Positions 18,421-27,997 of a DNA stretch of 64,000 bases are shown here, one piece after another. The position numbers were made by a program, and so were the translations under genes. Origin of the DNA: Thermoanaerobaculia bacterium (GTDB lineage Bacteria; Acidobacteriota; Thermoanaerobaculia; Multivoradales; Multivoraceae); the NCBI GenBank assembly GCA_963664405.1, contig OY761158.1:5248001-5312000 (forward strand). The letters run 5' to 3'. Every line of letters begins with the position of its first letter. Positions within the stretch are counted from its first letter, which is position 1. The notes beneath the pieces are model-generated. The model made no database searches. It had not been told where the DNA came from and worked only from the letters and a program-made list of their open reading frames with translations.

Positions 18421-19818
18421 CTACCCCTTGTCGACGGCGGAGATCATGTCGTCTACGTTGTAGAACTTCTGGCGGATCTTCTCGTCGCTCTGGCCCCGCG
18501 CGATCTCGATCTCGTTGAGGCGCCGCCAGTCGTCGAAGCTGAACCAGCAAACGCTCTTGGCGTCCAGCTCCTCTCGCACGTCGCTCTCCGCCCGCGCTCC
18601 GGTCTCCGTCGAGGCCAAGCTGGGGATGTCTTCGAGCATATGGGCGACCGTCTCGTTCGAGTCTGCCACATTGGAGCCGATGAGGCCGGTGGGTCCTCTC
18701 TTGGCCCAGCCGACCGCGTATAGGCCCGGCAGGTGTGCGCCGTCTTCGCCGACCAATCGTCCTTCGACATTGGGTAGGGTTCCGCTGCGCTCATCGAAGG
18801 GAAGTCCGGGAACCGGCAGCCCGCGGTAGCCCACCGCGGTGAAGGCCAGGTCTACTTCTTCCACCCACTGCTCGCCTGTACCGCGTGGTCGCGGAGTACC
18901 ATGCTCGTCTTCGAAGAGCTCGTTCTTCTCGAGCCTCACTCGGCCCAGGATGCCCTCATCGGCGAGAAACTCGACCGGTGAGACCAGAAAACGGAAAAGG
19001 AGTCGCCGCTCGCAATCTCTGGGAGTCGCGGCGCTACGCTCTCGAACGTAGTCGACGTTCTTGTGTGCTCCGGCGCTTCCCTCTTCGTCGAGCCAGCTGC
19101 TGCTCAGAGGGTCGAGCGCCGCCTCCTCCGGAGAGATCACCAGCTCCGCCTCCTCCAACTGTCCGATCTCTTTGATCTCCTTGGTGGTGAAAGCGGCCTG
19201 TGCCGGGCCGCGTCGCCCAAGCACGAGAATCTCTTTCACGGTACTGGAGCGGAGAGTCGCGAGCGCGTAATCCGCGATATCCGAGCTCGCGAGGCTGTCC
19301 GCCTTTTTGGCGAGCACGCGAGCAACATCCATCGCTACATTGCCGTTGCCGACTACTGCGACCCGGCGGGTCCTGGCGAGTGGAAACTCGAGCTCGGAGA
19401 AGTCCGGATGACCGTTGTACCAGCCGACAAACTCGGTGGCGGAGTGCACTCCAGGGAGATCCTCTCCGGGGATTCCCATGGTGCGGTGGCTCTCGTTGCC
19501 GATGGCGAGGACCAGCTGGTCGTAGAGGCGGCGTAGGTCATCGATCGAAAGGTCGCGCCCGACCTTGACGTTGCCGAAGAAACGGAAGCTGTCGTGGGAT
19601 GCGACTTTCTCGTATACACGGATGACGTTCTTGATGTTCTGGTGATCCGGAGCGACTCCCCCTCGTACCAGTCCATAGGGTGTCGGCAGGCGGTCGAAGA
19701 GGTCCACCTTTACCGCGTGGTCTTGCTGCTTGAGCAACGCGGCCACCGCATAGAAGCCCGACGGGCCGGAGCCGACAACGGCGATGCGAGTCGTCTTGTG
19801 GTCCTGGAGTGAGCTCAT
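18421..19818 (-). CDS. Ferredoxin--NADP+ reductase, FprA/adrenodoxin-reductase type
   Basis: GSGPSG, PYGLVRGGVAPDH, FVGWYNGHP, GNGNVAMD, GRRGP, GWAKRGPTGLIG. Confidence 0.92.
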   Translation of the reverse strand: MSSLQDHKTTRIAVVGSGPSGFYAVAALLKQQDHAVKVDLFDRLPTPYGLVRGGVAPDHQNIKNVIRVYEKVASHDSFRFFGNVKVGRDLSIDDLRRLYDQLVLAIGNESHRTMGIPGEDLPGVHSATEFVGWYNGHPDFSELEFPLARTRRVAVVGNGNVAMDVARVLAKKADSLASSDIADYALATLRSSTVKEILVLGRRGPAQAAFTTKEIKEIGQLEEAELVISPEEAALDPLSSSWLDEEGSAGAHKNVDYVRERSAATPRDCERRLLFRFLVSPVEFLADEGILGRVRLEKNELFEDEHGTPRPRGTGEQWVEEVDLAFTAVGYRGLPVPGLPFDERSGTLPNVEGRLVGEDGAHLPGLYAVGWAKRGPTGLIGSNVADSNETVAHMLEDIPSLASTETGARAESDVREELDAKSVCWFSFDDWRRLNEIEIARGQSDEKIRQKFYNVDDMISAVDKG

Positions 19819-19918
19819 TTTGACAGGGTCTCAGCTAGGACGGGAGCCCCGAGAGGCCGCCATAATATCGGTCGCTCGGAGATGTTCCAAAAACCGGACG
19901 AGATTGTCGCGTTTGTCT

Positions 19919-20977
19919 TCAAGGTGGGTCGCCAATTCCGACCCTCATGCCCATGCTCACCCTCTCTTCGACGACGAACCCCATCTCTTGGTAGAAAGCC
20001 ACGACGGCTTGGTTGTTGGCCCTCACCTGCAAGCCGACCTTGGGGCAACCGCGCTCCTCGAGTGCCTCGACAGCTCGGCTGAGGAGCCTGCGCGCGATGC
20101 CTTGGCGTTGTCGCCGGGGCTCGACCGCTAGGGAGTAGATCCAGCCGCGATGACCGTCCCAACCGGCGAGTACCGTGCCGACGACACCTTCTCCAGCGTC
20201 GGCTACGAAGAAGAGATCGGGAGAGTCGGCAATCTTCAATCGCACGCTCTGCTCGGGTTGGTGGTACGGAGTCGAGCTGGGAAACATCTCCTGCCAGAGG
20301 TGTTCGACGGCTCGAAAGTCGGTGCTCCTGTAGAGGCGGATCTCGATCTTGTCCTTTCCCGATCTTGCCGAGGCGCTATCGGGGCGAAGCCTCAGGGTGA
20401 GTTTCTCGTAGCCCTCTCGGGTGAGCGCGTAGAAGCGAGTCGCCCTGCTTTCGGCAGGTCGTTCCTCTACGCGGTCCATGCCGAGGCGGTCGAGTAGTCG
20501 TTGTGAGGCTAGGTTGGGCTCATCGGTACCGGCGAGGAGCCTGGTGAAGCCCAGGTGCTGGAAGGCCAGATGTGTAACTGCCTCCACCGCCTCGGTGGCA
20601 AATCCCTCACCCCAGCACTGCGGGTCGAGGCCGTAGTAGATCTGCGGCTCGTCGGCGCCGCGAAAGCAGCGCAGCCCGACGAAGCCGACGATTCTGCTCT
20701 CGCCGCGGCGGCGAACGCACCACGAGCCGTAGCCTGAGGTCGCGAAGCTCTCTTGGCTCCGCTCAACCTCTTCCCCCAACCATGTTTGGGTCACCACCTC
20801 GTCATCGAAGAGGTGACGACGCACCTGCGGGTCGATCCAGATGTCGTGAAGGCGCTCTATGTCGGCGACTGCGAGGGGGTCGAGTCGGAGTCGTCGGCTG
20901 AGGAGTACCCCACCGCAGAGACCGCCGCTGAACGGCAGCCGCGAGGATGCCTGGCCTTCATCCGACCGTGCTGTCAT
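19919..20977 (-). CDS. Tandem GNAT fusion (RimJ-like domain plus YpeA-like acetyltransferase domain)
   Basis: First domain WGEGFATEA/NLASQRLL; second domain VGTVLAGWDGHRGWIYSLAV...RQRQGIA...GCPKVGLQV; start uncertain. Confidence 0.82.
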   Translation of the reverse strand: MTARSDEGQASSRLPFSGGLCGGVLLSRRLRLDPLAVADIERLHDIWIDPQVRRHLFDDEVVTQTWLGEEVERSQESFATSGYGSWCVRRRGESRIVGFVGLRCFRGADEPQIYYGLDPQCWGEGFATEAVEAVTHLAFQHLGFTRLLAGTDEPNLASQRLLDRLGMDRVEERPAESRATRFYALTREGYEKLTLRLRPDSASARSGKDKIEIRLYRSTDFRAVEHLWQEMFPSSTPYHQPEQSVRLKIADSPDLFFVADAGEGVVGTVLAGWDGHRGWIYSLAVEPRRQRQGIARRLLSRAVEALEERGCPKVGLQVRANNQAVVAFYQEMGFVVEERVSMGMRVGIGDPP

Positions 20978-21212
20978 CCAGCCAGGGAGCTCCAATCGTG
21001 CGCACGGCTTCGAGCACCTCCGCGGGCTCGGCATGACGCCCTGTCTTGTGCTTCGAGTAGACCAGCTGACCGTCTGCCACCACTTCGAAGGCGCCGCTAC
21101 CTCCTTGGATGAGCTCGGTTTCGATGCCGAATTCCTTGTCGAGCGCGGCCGCCAAACTGGTGGCCTGGGGAAGGTAGTTTCAACGGACGCAGTATTCGAT
21201 CGAGATATGCAT
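20958..21212 (-). CDS. Rdx/SelT/SelW/SelH family selenoprotein (CxxU), 84 aa; UGA at 21180-21182 read as Sec
   Basis: AAGGAG RBS; MHISIEYCVR-U-NYLPQATSLAA...GSGAFEV..DGQLVYSK; SECIS-like hairpin at 21147-21165. Confidence 0.9.
21147..21165 (-). promoter_or_regulatory. Putative bacterial SECIS element of the Rdx gene
   Basis: GGCCACCA-GUU-UGGCGGCC stem-loop; loop begins after 22 nt downstream of UGA and starts with G. Confidence 0.65.
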
Positions 21213-21282
21213 GCGACAGCTCCTTTGGTCAGTTTCTAGGCCATTATAGGCGGGCTCCACTCGAGCGGGCGCCAGGTCAGGT

Positions 21283-22104
21283 TCAGGACACCAGCCAGTC
21301 TCCGGGGTGCTCCTTGCCTTCATAGAGCTTTCCTTGAAAGCGTCGCATGCCACTGAGCCAGCGGTCGATGTCGGTTCCTTTGCGTTGCACGTACTCGGCG
21401 ACCTCCGGGTGGGGGAGAACCCAGAAGCGCTCTTCTTCGATGGTGTCCATCACACAGTCGGCGACATGCGACGTAGACAACACCCCATCACCGCTTGCGA
21501 CCCCGGGTCTTGCGCCCATACGTTCTCGGCTCGGACTGTTCTTGCCGATATTGGTCGAGACGGCCTGGGGGCAGAGCACAGATACCCGGATCCCCTGATC
21601 ACCGTGGGTGATGGCGATCCATTCGGCAAGCGCGACTGCCGCATGCTTGGTCAGGGAGTATGCGAGAGAGCCCAGCTGGGTCAGCAGCCCTGCGGCCGAG
21701 GCGGTGCTCATGATGTAGCCCTCGCCGCGCTCGATCATCGAAGGCAGTACCGCGCGCGCGGCGTAGACATGGGCCATGACATGAACCTCCCACATCTGCT
21801 GGATCTCCTCGTTGGGCACTTCGAGGCCTCCGAAAGTGGCATAGCCGGCATTGGACATGAAGAGGTCGATCGGCCCGTGCTTACTCTCGGTCTCGGCAAC
21901 GAGATCGCGAATGGCAGCCTCGTCGGAGACGTCCAGGCCGACTCCTGTACCCCCGATTGCGGCGGCCACCTCTTGCGCTCCGGCTTCGTCGCGGTCGACA
22001 ACGACGACGTGGCTCGCGCCCTCCTGGTGAAAGCGTTCTGCGATCCCCTTGCCGATGCCGCTGGCGCCTCCGGTGACGACGGTGACTTTGTTGCTCAAGT
22101 TCAT
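21283..22104 (-). CDS. SDR family oxidoreductase
   Basis: TGGASGIG, NAG, YxxxK (YSLTK), LCPQAV. Confidence 0.92.
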   Translation of the reverse strand: MNLSNKVTVVTGGASGIGKGIAERFHQEGASHVVVVDRDEAGAQEVAAAIGGTGVGLDVSDEAAIRDLVAETESKHGPIDLFMSNAGYATFGGLEVPNEEIQQMWEVHVMAHVYAARAVLPSMIERGEGYIMSTASAAGLLTQLGSLAYSLTKHAAVALAEWIAITHGDQGIRVSVLCPQAVSTNIGKNSPSRERMGARPGVASGDGVLSTSHVADCVMDTIEEERFWVLPHPEVAEYVQRKGTDIDRWLSGMRRFQGKLYEGKEHPGDWLVS

Positions 22105-22115
22105 GGTCGGGGAGT

Positions 22116-22553
22116 CTAACTCGGCTGTGTATCGAGTTGACGGATACGTCGGGCGTGACGTCCGCCATCGAAGGGCGTTTCCAGCCACACCCGCACGATC
22201 TCTTTCGCCTCGTCCTCGTCGATGAGCCGTTCGCCCAGCGAGAGCACATTGGCGTCGTTGTGGGCTCTCGCAAGCTGAGCGGTTTCAACGCTCCAGCACA
22301 AGCTACAGCGCGCCCCGCGGATGCGGTTTGCCGCCATCGCTTCGCCGTTCCCCGAGCCGCCGAGAACGATGCCGCGCTCGAAGTCACCGTTGGCGACCGC
22401 CTTGGCGACCGGCATGATGAAGATGGGGTAGTCGGCCGCCTCGGTCGAGAAGGTGCCGAAGTCTTTGACCTCGTGACCCTCCTGGGCGAGGAGCTCTCGC
22501 AGCATTTCCTTGTACTGGAAACCGGCGTGGTCGGAGCCGATGGCTATGCGCAT
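22116..22553 (-). CDS. rpiB: Ribose-5-phosphate isomerase B
   Basis: IGSDHAG, DYP, GGSGNGE, ARAHNDAN, FDGGRHARR. Confidence 0.95.
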   Translation of the reverse strand: MRIAIGSDHAGFQYKEMLRELLAQEGHEVKDFGTFSTEAADYPIFIMPVAKAVANGDFERGIVLGGSGNGEAMAANRIRGARCSLCWSVETAQLARAHNDANVLSLGERLIDEDEAKEIVRVWLETPFDGGRHARRIRQLDTQPS

Positions 22554-22570
22554 CCTGGTGTCAGGGCTGA

Positions 22571-23446
22571 CTAGTAGACGACCGTATCGGCGGGCTCGGA
22601 GATGATCCGACTCTCGAGCTCTCCCAGCTTGTCGATGGCGATCTTGACGTGGTCTCCATCAACGAGCCAGGCAGGCGGAGTCATCGCCGCAGCGACTCCG
22701 CTCGGTGTGCCGGTTGAAATTACATCACCGGGCTCGAGGGTGAAGGCGGTCGAAAGATGCTCGATGAGGGTGTAGCTGTCGAAGATGAGCTCGCGCGTAT
22801 TGGAGCTCTGACGCAGCTCGCCGTTGACCCAGGTCTTGAGGTCGAGGTCGTGGGGGTCGCCGACTTCGTCTCCGGTGACGATGTACGGGCCCAGGGGGCA
22901 GTGTGTATCCCAGGATTTGCCCATGGTGAAGGTGGGGACCCTCCGCTGCCAGTCGCGCACGCTTACATCGTTGACGATCGTGAAGCCGGCGATCACGCCG
23001 CCGGCCTGCTCTCGCGGCACGTGGCGGCAGCGTTTGCCGATGACGATTCCGAGCTCGCCCTCGTAGTCGAGCTGGTCAGAGGCACGGGGTAGGTGGACTT
23101 CGCCGCCGGGGTCGCTCACCGAAGTCGACTGCTTGTTGAAGATCATCGGCAGGGCCGGCTTGTCTCTCCCTGTTTCGGCAATGTGGTCGGCGTAGTTGAG
23201 GCCGACGGCAAGGATCTTCGGTGGCCGGAGGATCGGCGCTTTGATCTGGGCCTCGCTCACGGCGATTCGGCCCTGCCCTGAGTCCGCGGCTGTTCGAGCC
23301 GCGTTAAGAGCGTCGGCGCCCAGCTCGAGAAAGGCGCACATCTCGTGAGGCAGCGACGGCGCCGCGGCCCCGAGGTCGACGACTTCGTCTCCATCGACGA
23401 TGCCGATGCGGGTTGATCCCTGGTGGCTGAAAGTCGCCAGCTTCAT
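22571..23446 (-). CDS. Fumarylacetoacetate hydrolase family protein
   Basis: GLNYADH, LDYEGEL, NDVSVRD, GKSWD, GDVISTGTP. Confidence 0.93.
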   Translation of the reverse strand: MKLATFSHQGSTRIGIVDGDEVVDLGAAAPSLPHEMCAFLELGADALNAARTAADSGQGRIAVSEAQIKAPILRPPKILAVGLNYADHIAETGRDKPALPMIFNKQSTSVSDPGGEVHLPRASDQLDYEGELGIVIGKRCRHVPREQAGGVIAGFTIVNDVSVRDWQRRVPTFTMGKSWDTHCPLGPYIVTGDEVGDPHDLDLKTWVNGELRQSSNTRELIFDSYTLIEHLSTAFTLEPGDVISTGTPSGVAAAMTPPAWLVDGDHVKIAIDKLGELESRIISEPADTVVY

Positions 23447-23467
23447 TGCGTCCTCCCGGTCGGTCCT

Positions 23468-24358
23468 TTAGTAGAGATCGAAGAGAGAGCCGAGTACGTC
23501 GCCGAGAGTGAAGAGACTCCCACTGCCGCGCCGCGCGCCCAGAAGGTCGGGCTCGAAAGGCTCGAAGTCTCGCTGCAGGCGTTGCTGTCGTTCGCGGTCT
23601 CTCTCTTCTTCACGGTCGAATTTTCGAGCCTGTACCGCGCCGCCCGCTCGGATCCAGTGCAAGATTCTGCCGAGCTCGTGTGCGTCGAACCACAGACCGT
23701 GTTGGCGGCACGAGTCGATGATGACGCCACTCTTTCGGCCGTAGTTTGCACGGTTCATCAAAGTACCGCATTCCGGGCACTTGCGATAGACCGCTGAACC
23801 CTGGCTCGGAGCCGAAGATCCTGCTGGCCGCGGCCTGCCGGCCTCAGTCGGCCCTGCGCCGTCCTCCGGTGCCGCGACCTGAGCTCGCCGACGCAGTGCC
23901 TCGAAGCTCTCCCGGCCGAGCCAGAGCCCCGCGCAATGGGAGCACTCGAGCACGGAGATCGCCGGCTCGCCCAAGCTCCGCGAGTGCAGAACGTGCTCTT
24001 CTTGACAGGTTGGACAGGGGACTTCGCTGGCATCCCCCGCACTCCCGGCGGGCAGGATCGAGACCCCGCAATGGTGGCAGTGGCGCGCGCGATCGCTGAT
24101 TCGCGTCATGCACTTCGGGCAGATGGTGTGAAGATCCTGCTCGTGCAAGGTGAAGTCCGCCTTGCAGAATTGGCAGGCCTGGCTGCCGCCCTGTCTCGCC
24201 GCGCCGCAAGAGGAACAACGTACTACCGCAGCCTCGTGGGGGACGACCGCGGGAGTCTCGAGTACACGGCCACAGGCGCAGCGGAAGAGGTCGCCCGCCC
24301 GCAGGGGTCCGGCATCGAATTGCCTTTGGCAGTCGGGGCAGGAAACCAGAAGGTGCAT
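23468..24358 (-). CDS. Multi-zinc-ribbon protein (zf-TFIIB-like domains)
   Basis: Eight CxxC pairs plus CAC and CxxH; two C..C/H.GLW(L/F) ribbons. Confidence 0.8.
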   Translation of the reverse strand: MHLLVSCPDCQRQFDAGPLRAGDLFRCACGRVLETPAVVPHEAAVVRCSSCGAARQGGSQACQFCKADFTLHEQDLHTICPKCMTRISDRARHCHHCGVSILPAGSAGDASEVPCPTCQEEHVLHSRSLGEPAISVLECSHCAGLWLGRESFEALRRRAQVAAPEDGAGPTEAGRPRPAGSSAPSQGSAVYRKCPECGTLMNRANYGRKSGVIIDSCRQHGLWFDAHELGRILHWIRAGGAVQARKFDREEERDRERQQRLQRDFEPFEPDLLGARRGSGSLFTLGDVLGSLFDLY

Positions 24359-24388
24359 GAGGTGAGGATGGCTAATTCCGCGGCGGCG

Positions 24389-24976
24389 TCAACGGGTCGA
24401 CCCGAGCTCGTCCAGGGTGAGTTTGAAGCTGGGAACGAAAGTCTCCAGGAAGTAGCCGACCTCGGGCAATGCGACCGCTTCTACTGTGCGGCGTAGTGTC
24501 TTCTCAGCCTCGGAGAATTCGCGATTGCCTGCGGTGCTCTCTTCGAGACACTTCATGTAGGCGCACAGTTTGTCGGCGGCCTTCACGATATCGAGGCTGT
24601 CTCGATCGTCTGCGGTGGCGAGGAGGATGTCGCGATAGTCCTCGACCAGTGCTTCAGGCACCATGTCGAGCAGAGTCGCGGCGGCTCGTGCCTCGATTTC
24701 TTTGTAGGCGTCTTTGATCTCCGGGTTGAAGTATTTGATCGGTGACGGCAGGTCTCCAGTCAAGACTTCGCTGGCATCGTGATAGAGCGCGAGCACCGCG
24801 ACTCGGTGAGCGTCGACGCTGCCATCAAAGAGGCGATTTCGGATCAGAGCCAGGGCATGTGCGACCTGAGCGACACGTAGGCTGTGCTCTTGTACGTTCT
24901 CGGGATAGGTGTTGCGCATCAACCCCCAGCGGCGGATGAACTTCATGCGTGAGAAGTAAGCGAAGAGGTGACTCAT
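24389..24976 (-). CDS. yfbR: 5'-deoxynucleotidase, HD domain
   Basis: MSHLFAYFSRMKFIRRWGLMRN..ENVQEHS, YHDASE.LTGDLP.PIKY, KAADKLCAY. Confidence 0.93.
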   Translation of the reverse strand: MSHLFAYFSRMKFIRRWGLMRNTYPENVQEHSLRVAQVAHALALIRNRLFDGSVDAHRVAVLALYHDASEVLTGDLPSPIKYFNPEIKDAYKEIEARAAATLLDMVPEALVEDYRDILLATADDRDSLDIVKAADKLCAYMKCLEESTAGNREFSEAEKTLRRTVEAVALPEVGYFLETFVPSFKLTLDELGSTR

Positions 24977-25515
24977 TGCGATGCTCCGAGACTGGGTCTT
25001 CTGAGCTCGAAGACGTCGCGTGCGTCCGCTGGCTCGTTGCGCCGCACGAAGCCGCACTCTTCGAGGACGCGGAGCTCGAGCCCGGATTGAGGGGGCGAGT
25101 AGGCGAGCACGGTGCCAACGCGCTCCTGCATGAAAGCCCAGCTCAGCAGACCTCGCACCGCATCTCGGGCATAGTCCTCGCGCTCGTAGCTTGGCATCAG
25201 GCTGTAGGTCAGCTCGACGCCTCCGTGCTCGGTGGGCTTGCCCTTGAATCCACCTCTGCCGATAGCGATCCGTCCACTCGCCAGCGGGAGGAGGAAGTAC
25301 CAAGTGGTCCATCCGGTCGTGGAAGGGTCCTCCTCCAACAGCTGGAGCTGCGCACGCTGCTCGCCTTCTTCGAAGGGGCGCGGCGGCCAGAAGGGCAATC
25401 GGGCTCCAAGAAGCTCAGCTAGCCGGTCGAGGTCTTCTATCTCGGCGCGCGCCATCTCTGCCGTCGCTGCCACGAGCCCCAGACGCGGGGTTTCGAGACG
25501 TAGGGCGTTGGTCAA
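24973..25515 (-). CDS. GNAT N-acetyltransferase, RimJ-like
   Basis: LETPRL start, IGRGGFKGKP...VELTY, RVLEECGF. Confidence 0.8.
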   Translation of the reverse strand: MTNALRLETPRLGLVAATAEMARAEIEDLDRLAELLGARLPFWPPRPFEEGEQRAQLQLLEEDPSTTGWTTWYFLLPLASGRIAIGRGGFKGKPTEHGGVELTYSLMPSYEREDYARDAVRGLLSWAFMQERVGTVLAYSPPQSGLELRVLEECGFVRRNEPADARDVFELRRPSLGASQ

Positions 25516-25595
25516 AGAGAGATTCCTCGAGACTAGATGGCGGTGCAGCAGTCTATCTTCCCACGGTCAACTAGAATGGGCTCGGAGGTCGATGA

Positions 25596-26393
25596 ATGTT
25601 GCGTTTCCGAGCCCTTTTCTACAGCCCTCTGGCCCTCCTCGTGGCCGCCGCGACTCTCGCCCAGAGTCCCGGCGCCGTGTTCACGCCGATGGGTGATTTC
25701 GAGGTGATCGTCGCCGGTAGGCTCGATTCGGAGGCGATGGTCTATGAGTCGCGGCAGATGGCGGCCGTGTTGGTCGTCTCCGATGCGCTTCCCTCTCCTA
25801 TCGTTCTTCACGCCAAGAGCATGAGACTGCAGGCGGTGCCGAGGGATCGGCTGAGCAGCGGGCCGGCAGGGCTGGAGATTGTGCGTGGCGAAGCGCTGGC
25901 AGATCTCGAGGACTTCCAGGTCGAAGGCACCGATGTCGTCTTCAAGCACGGCACGGTGGTTGGAAAACTGCGCCCCAGAGCTCCCTTGGTCGGCGACCAT
26001 CCGCTCGAAGACCTTCTGGAGCACAGCCCGCAATACCGCGTGACGGCGGCTGCCTACAAGCCCGACCCTGTCATTCTCGCCAAGCTTCGCGAGATCGAGG
26101 GGGAGTATCGTGTCCGGGTGGTCTTCGGGTCCTGGTGCTCGGTGTGTAAGATCTATCTACCGCGGGGGATCCGAGTAGAAGAAGAGCTGGGCTCCGATTC
26201 GATTCGTTTCGAGTACTTCGGGCTTCCGCTGGAAGAGCCCTGGGAACATGCCGAGGTCAAGCGCATCGGGGTGAAGTCGCTTCCCACCGCGGTGGTTTAT
26301 CGAGGCGATCGTGAGGTGGGTCGCTACGAAGGGGCCGAGGGCTGGCAGCGACCCGAGGCTCGGCTTCTTCAGGCAATCAACGCCAGCCAGTAG
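25596..26393 (+). CDS. Secreted thioredoxin-fold protein
   Basis: Signal peptide; FGSWCSVC CxxC and SLPT cis-Pro loop. Confidence 0.85.
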   Translation: MLRFRALFYSPLALLVAAATLAQSPGAVFTPMGDFEVIVAGRLDSEAMVYESRQMAAVLVVSDALPSPIVLHAKSMRLQAVPRDRLSSGPAGLEIVRGEALADLEDFQVEGTDVVFKHGTVVGKLRPRAPLVGDHPLEDLLEHSPQYRVTAAAYKPDPVILAKLREIEGEYRVRVVFGSWCSVCKIYLPRGIRVEEELGSDSIRFEYFGLPLEEPWEHAEVKRIGVKSLPTAVVYRGDREVGRYEGAEGWQRPEARLLQAINASQ

Positions 26394-26411
26394 GGGCGGC
26401 GCTCCGCTGCC

Positions 26412-26714
26412 TTATAGGACGACTTCGAAACCTTCGAACTGAGGGTGCCCCAAGTAGGTCCCCTCAGGGGCACGAGCTTGAGCATGCGCCTTGTGAAAGC
26501 TCTCTGACTCGGTCCAGGCGACGAAGGTCTCTCGGGAGGCCCAGACGGTGTGCGAGGTGTAGAGGGTTGCCTCTTCGTCGCTGGGCCCTCGCAACAGATG
26601 AAACTCCTTGAAGCCTGGTACTTCGTCGAGGTAGGAGTCGCGGCTTCGCCAGATCTCTTCGAAACCCTCTTCTTTTCCGAGGGCGATCCTAAAACGGTTC
26701 ATCGCGATGTACAT
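26412..26714 (-). CDS. Antibiotic biosynthesis monooxygenase (IsdG/HmoA-like heme-degrading type)
   Basis: MYIAMNRF, VPGF, SHTVW, WTESESFHKAH, GHPQFEGF. Confidence 0.88.
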   Translation of the reverse strand: MYIAMNRFRIALGKEEGFEEIWRSRDSYLDEVPGFKEFHLLRGPSDEEATLYTSHTVWASRETFVAWTESESFHKAHAQARAPEGTYLGHPQFEGFEVVL

Positions 26715-26764
26715 GGGGCTCCTTTGTTCTCTCAAATGGGGGACGATTCTTGGTGTTGTTCCCC

Positions 26765-27043
26765 TTAGGCTTCACCCAGGGAGTGGCTTTCGGTGTCGGT
26801 CTCGATGCGGGTCCGCGACGGCACGCCATGCTCTTGCAAGATCCGTCGTAGCAGCGGCAGGGCAGCTACCTCGTCGCTGACTTCGGCGACAAGGAAGAAG
26901 TGACCCGGCGCCGCGCCGCCGCGAGTGATCTCTCCCAGACCCGCCTCGCTCAGTGCCTCTTCGAGCGGATCCTGCAGATCCATCGGACTTCCTCGGCGCC
27001 AGTCGCCACTGGGGATGATGATCTTGATCTCGGTGATAGGCAT
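26765..27043 (-). CDS. Hypothetical protein (92 aa)
   Basis: C-terminal part of the long shadow ORF, starting MPITEIKIII; reads as a small alpha/beta protein (DPLEEALSEAGLGEITRGG). Confidence 0.6.
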   Translation of the reverse strand: MPITEIKIIIPSGDWRRGSPMDLQDPLEEALSEAGLGEITRGGAAPGHFFLVAEVSDEVAALPLLRRILQEHGVPSRTRIETDTESHSLGEA

Positions 27044-27160
27044 CCGGTATGCGGTCCTTCGGGGTCCGAATGGTATAACTTCCCCGCATTGATCCCGACC
27101 CACGAAGATAGCGTGACCGCGAGTGACTCCCGGGCTCAGACGACTCCTCGGCGAGGCGAG

Positions 27161-27997
27161 GTGCCTTGTCGGCTCGAAGTGAGCAATCTGGGACTTTCCT
27201 TTGGCGGTGTCGTCGCCCTCCGTGATGTCAGTCTGGACGTTCGCCAGGGCGAGATCGTAGCGATCATTGGCCCGAACGGCGCCGGCAAGACCAGTCTCCT
27301 CAATTGCATCAGTGGTCTTTACCGGCCGCAGGTGGGGAAGATCGTTCTTTACGACCGGGAGGGCGAGCAAGAGGAACTGACTCGCCGGCCTCCCCATCGG
27401 ATCGCGGCCCTCGGCGTAGCTCGATCGTTTCAGAACATCGAGCTCTTCAGGCAGATGAGCGTGCTCGACAATCTGATGCTCGGCCGCCATGTGCGCATGA
27501 AGGGCGGCATTCTCGACGCCGCGCTCTACTGGTGGCGGCAGCTGCCCGAAGAGATCACGGCAAGACGACGGGTGGAGGAGATCATCGACTTCCTCGAGAT
27601 CCAGAGCATCCGTCACCAGCTTGTCGGCACCCTCGCCTACGGGCTGCAGAAGAGAGTCGAGCTGGGGAGGGCCCTGGCGGTGGAGCCCGAAGTGCTGCTT
27701 CTCGACGAGCCGATGGCCGGTATGAATTCGGAGGAAAAGGAGGACATGGCGCGCTTCGTCCTCGACATCAACGAAGAGTGGGGAGTGACCACGGCACTGA
27801 TCGAGCACGACATGGGGGTGGTGATGGACCTCTCCGATTGGGTCGTCGTGTTGGACTTTGGCGAAGTCATCGCCGCCGGCACTCCTGATCAGGTACGTGC
27901 CGACGAGAAGGTGATCAAGGCGTACCTGGGAGAGGAGATGCCGGTCGCTCCGGGCGGGCCGTCGGCTGCTCCAGGGGCGCAATCGGCCGCACCATGA
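27161..27997 (+). CDS. Liv-type ABC ATP-binding protein (LivG-like)
   Basis: GPNGAGKT, ARSFQNIELF, LAYGLQKRVE, LLLDEP, EHDM; start uncertain (GTG 27113 or 27161). Confidence 0.9.
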   Translation: MPCRLEVSNLGLSFGGVVALRDVSLDVRQGEIVAIIGPNGAGKTSLLNCISGLYRPQVGKIVLYDREGEQEELTRRPPHRIAALGVARSFQNIELFRQMSVLDNLMLGRHVRMKGGILDAALYWWRQLPEEITARRRVEEIIDFLEIQSIRHQLVGTLAYGLQKRVELGRALAVEPEVLLLDEPMAGMNSEEKEDMARFVLDINEEWGVTTALIEHDMGVVMDLSDWVVVLDFGEVIAAGTPDQVRADEKVIKAYLGEEMPVAPGGPSAAPGAQSAAP

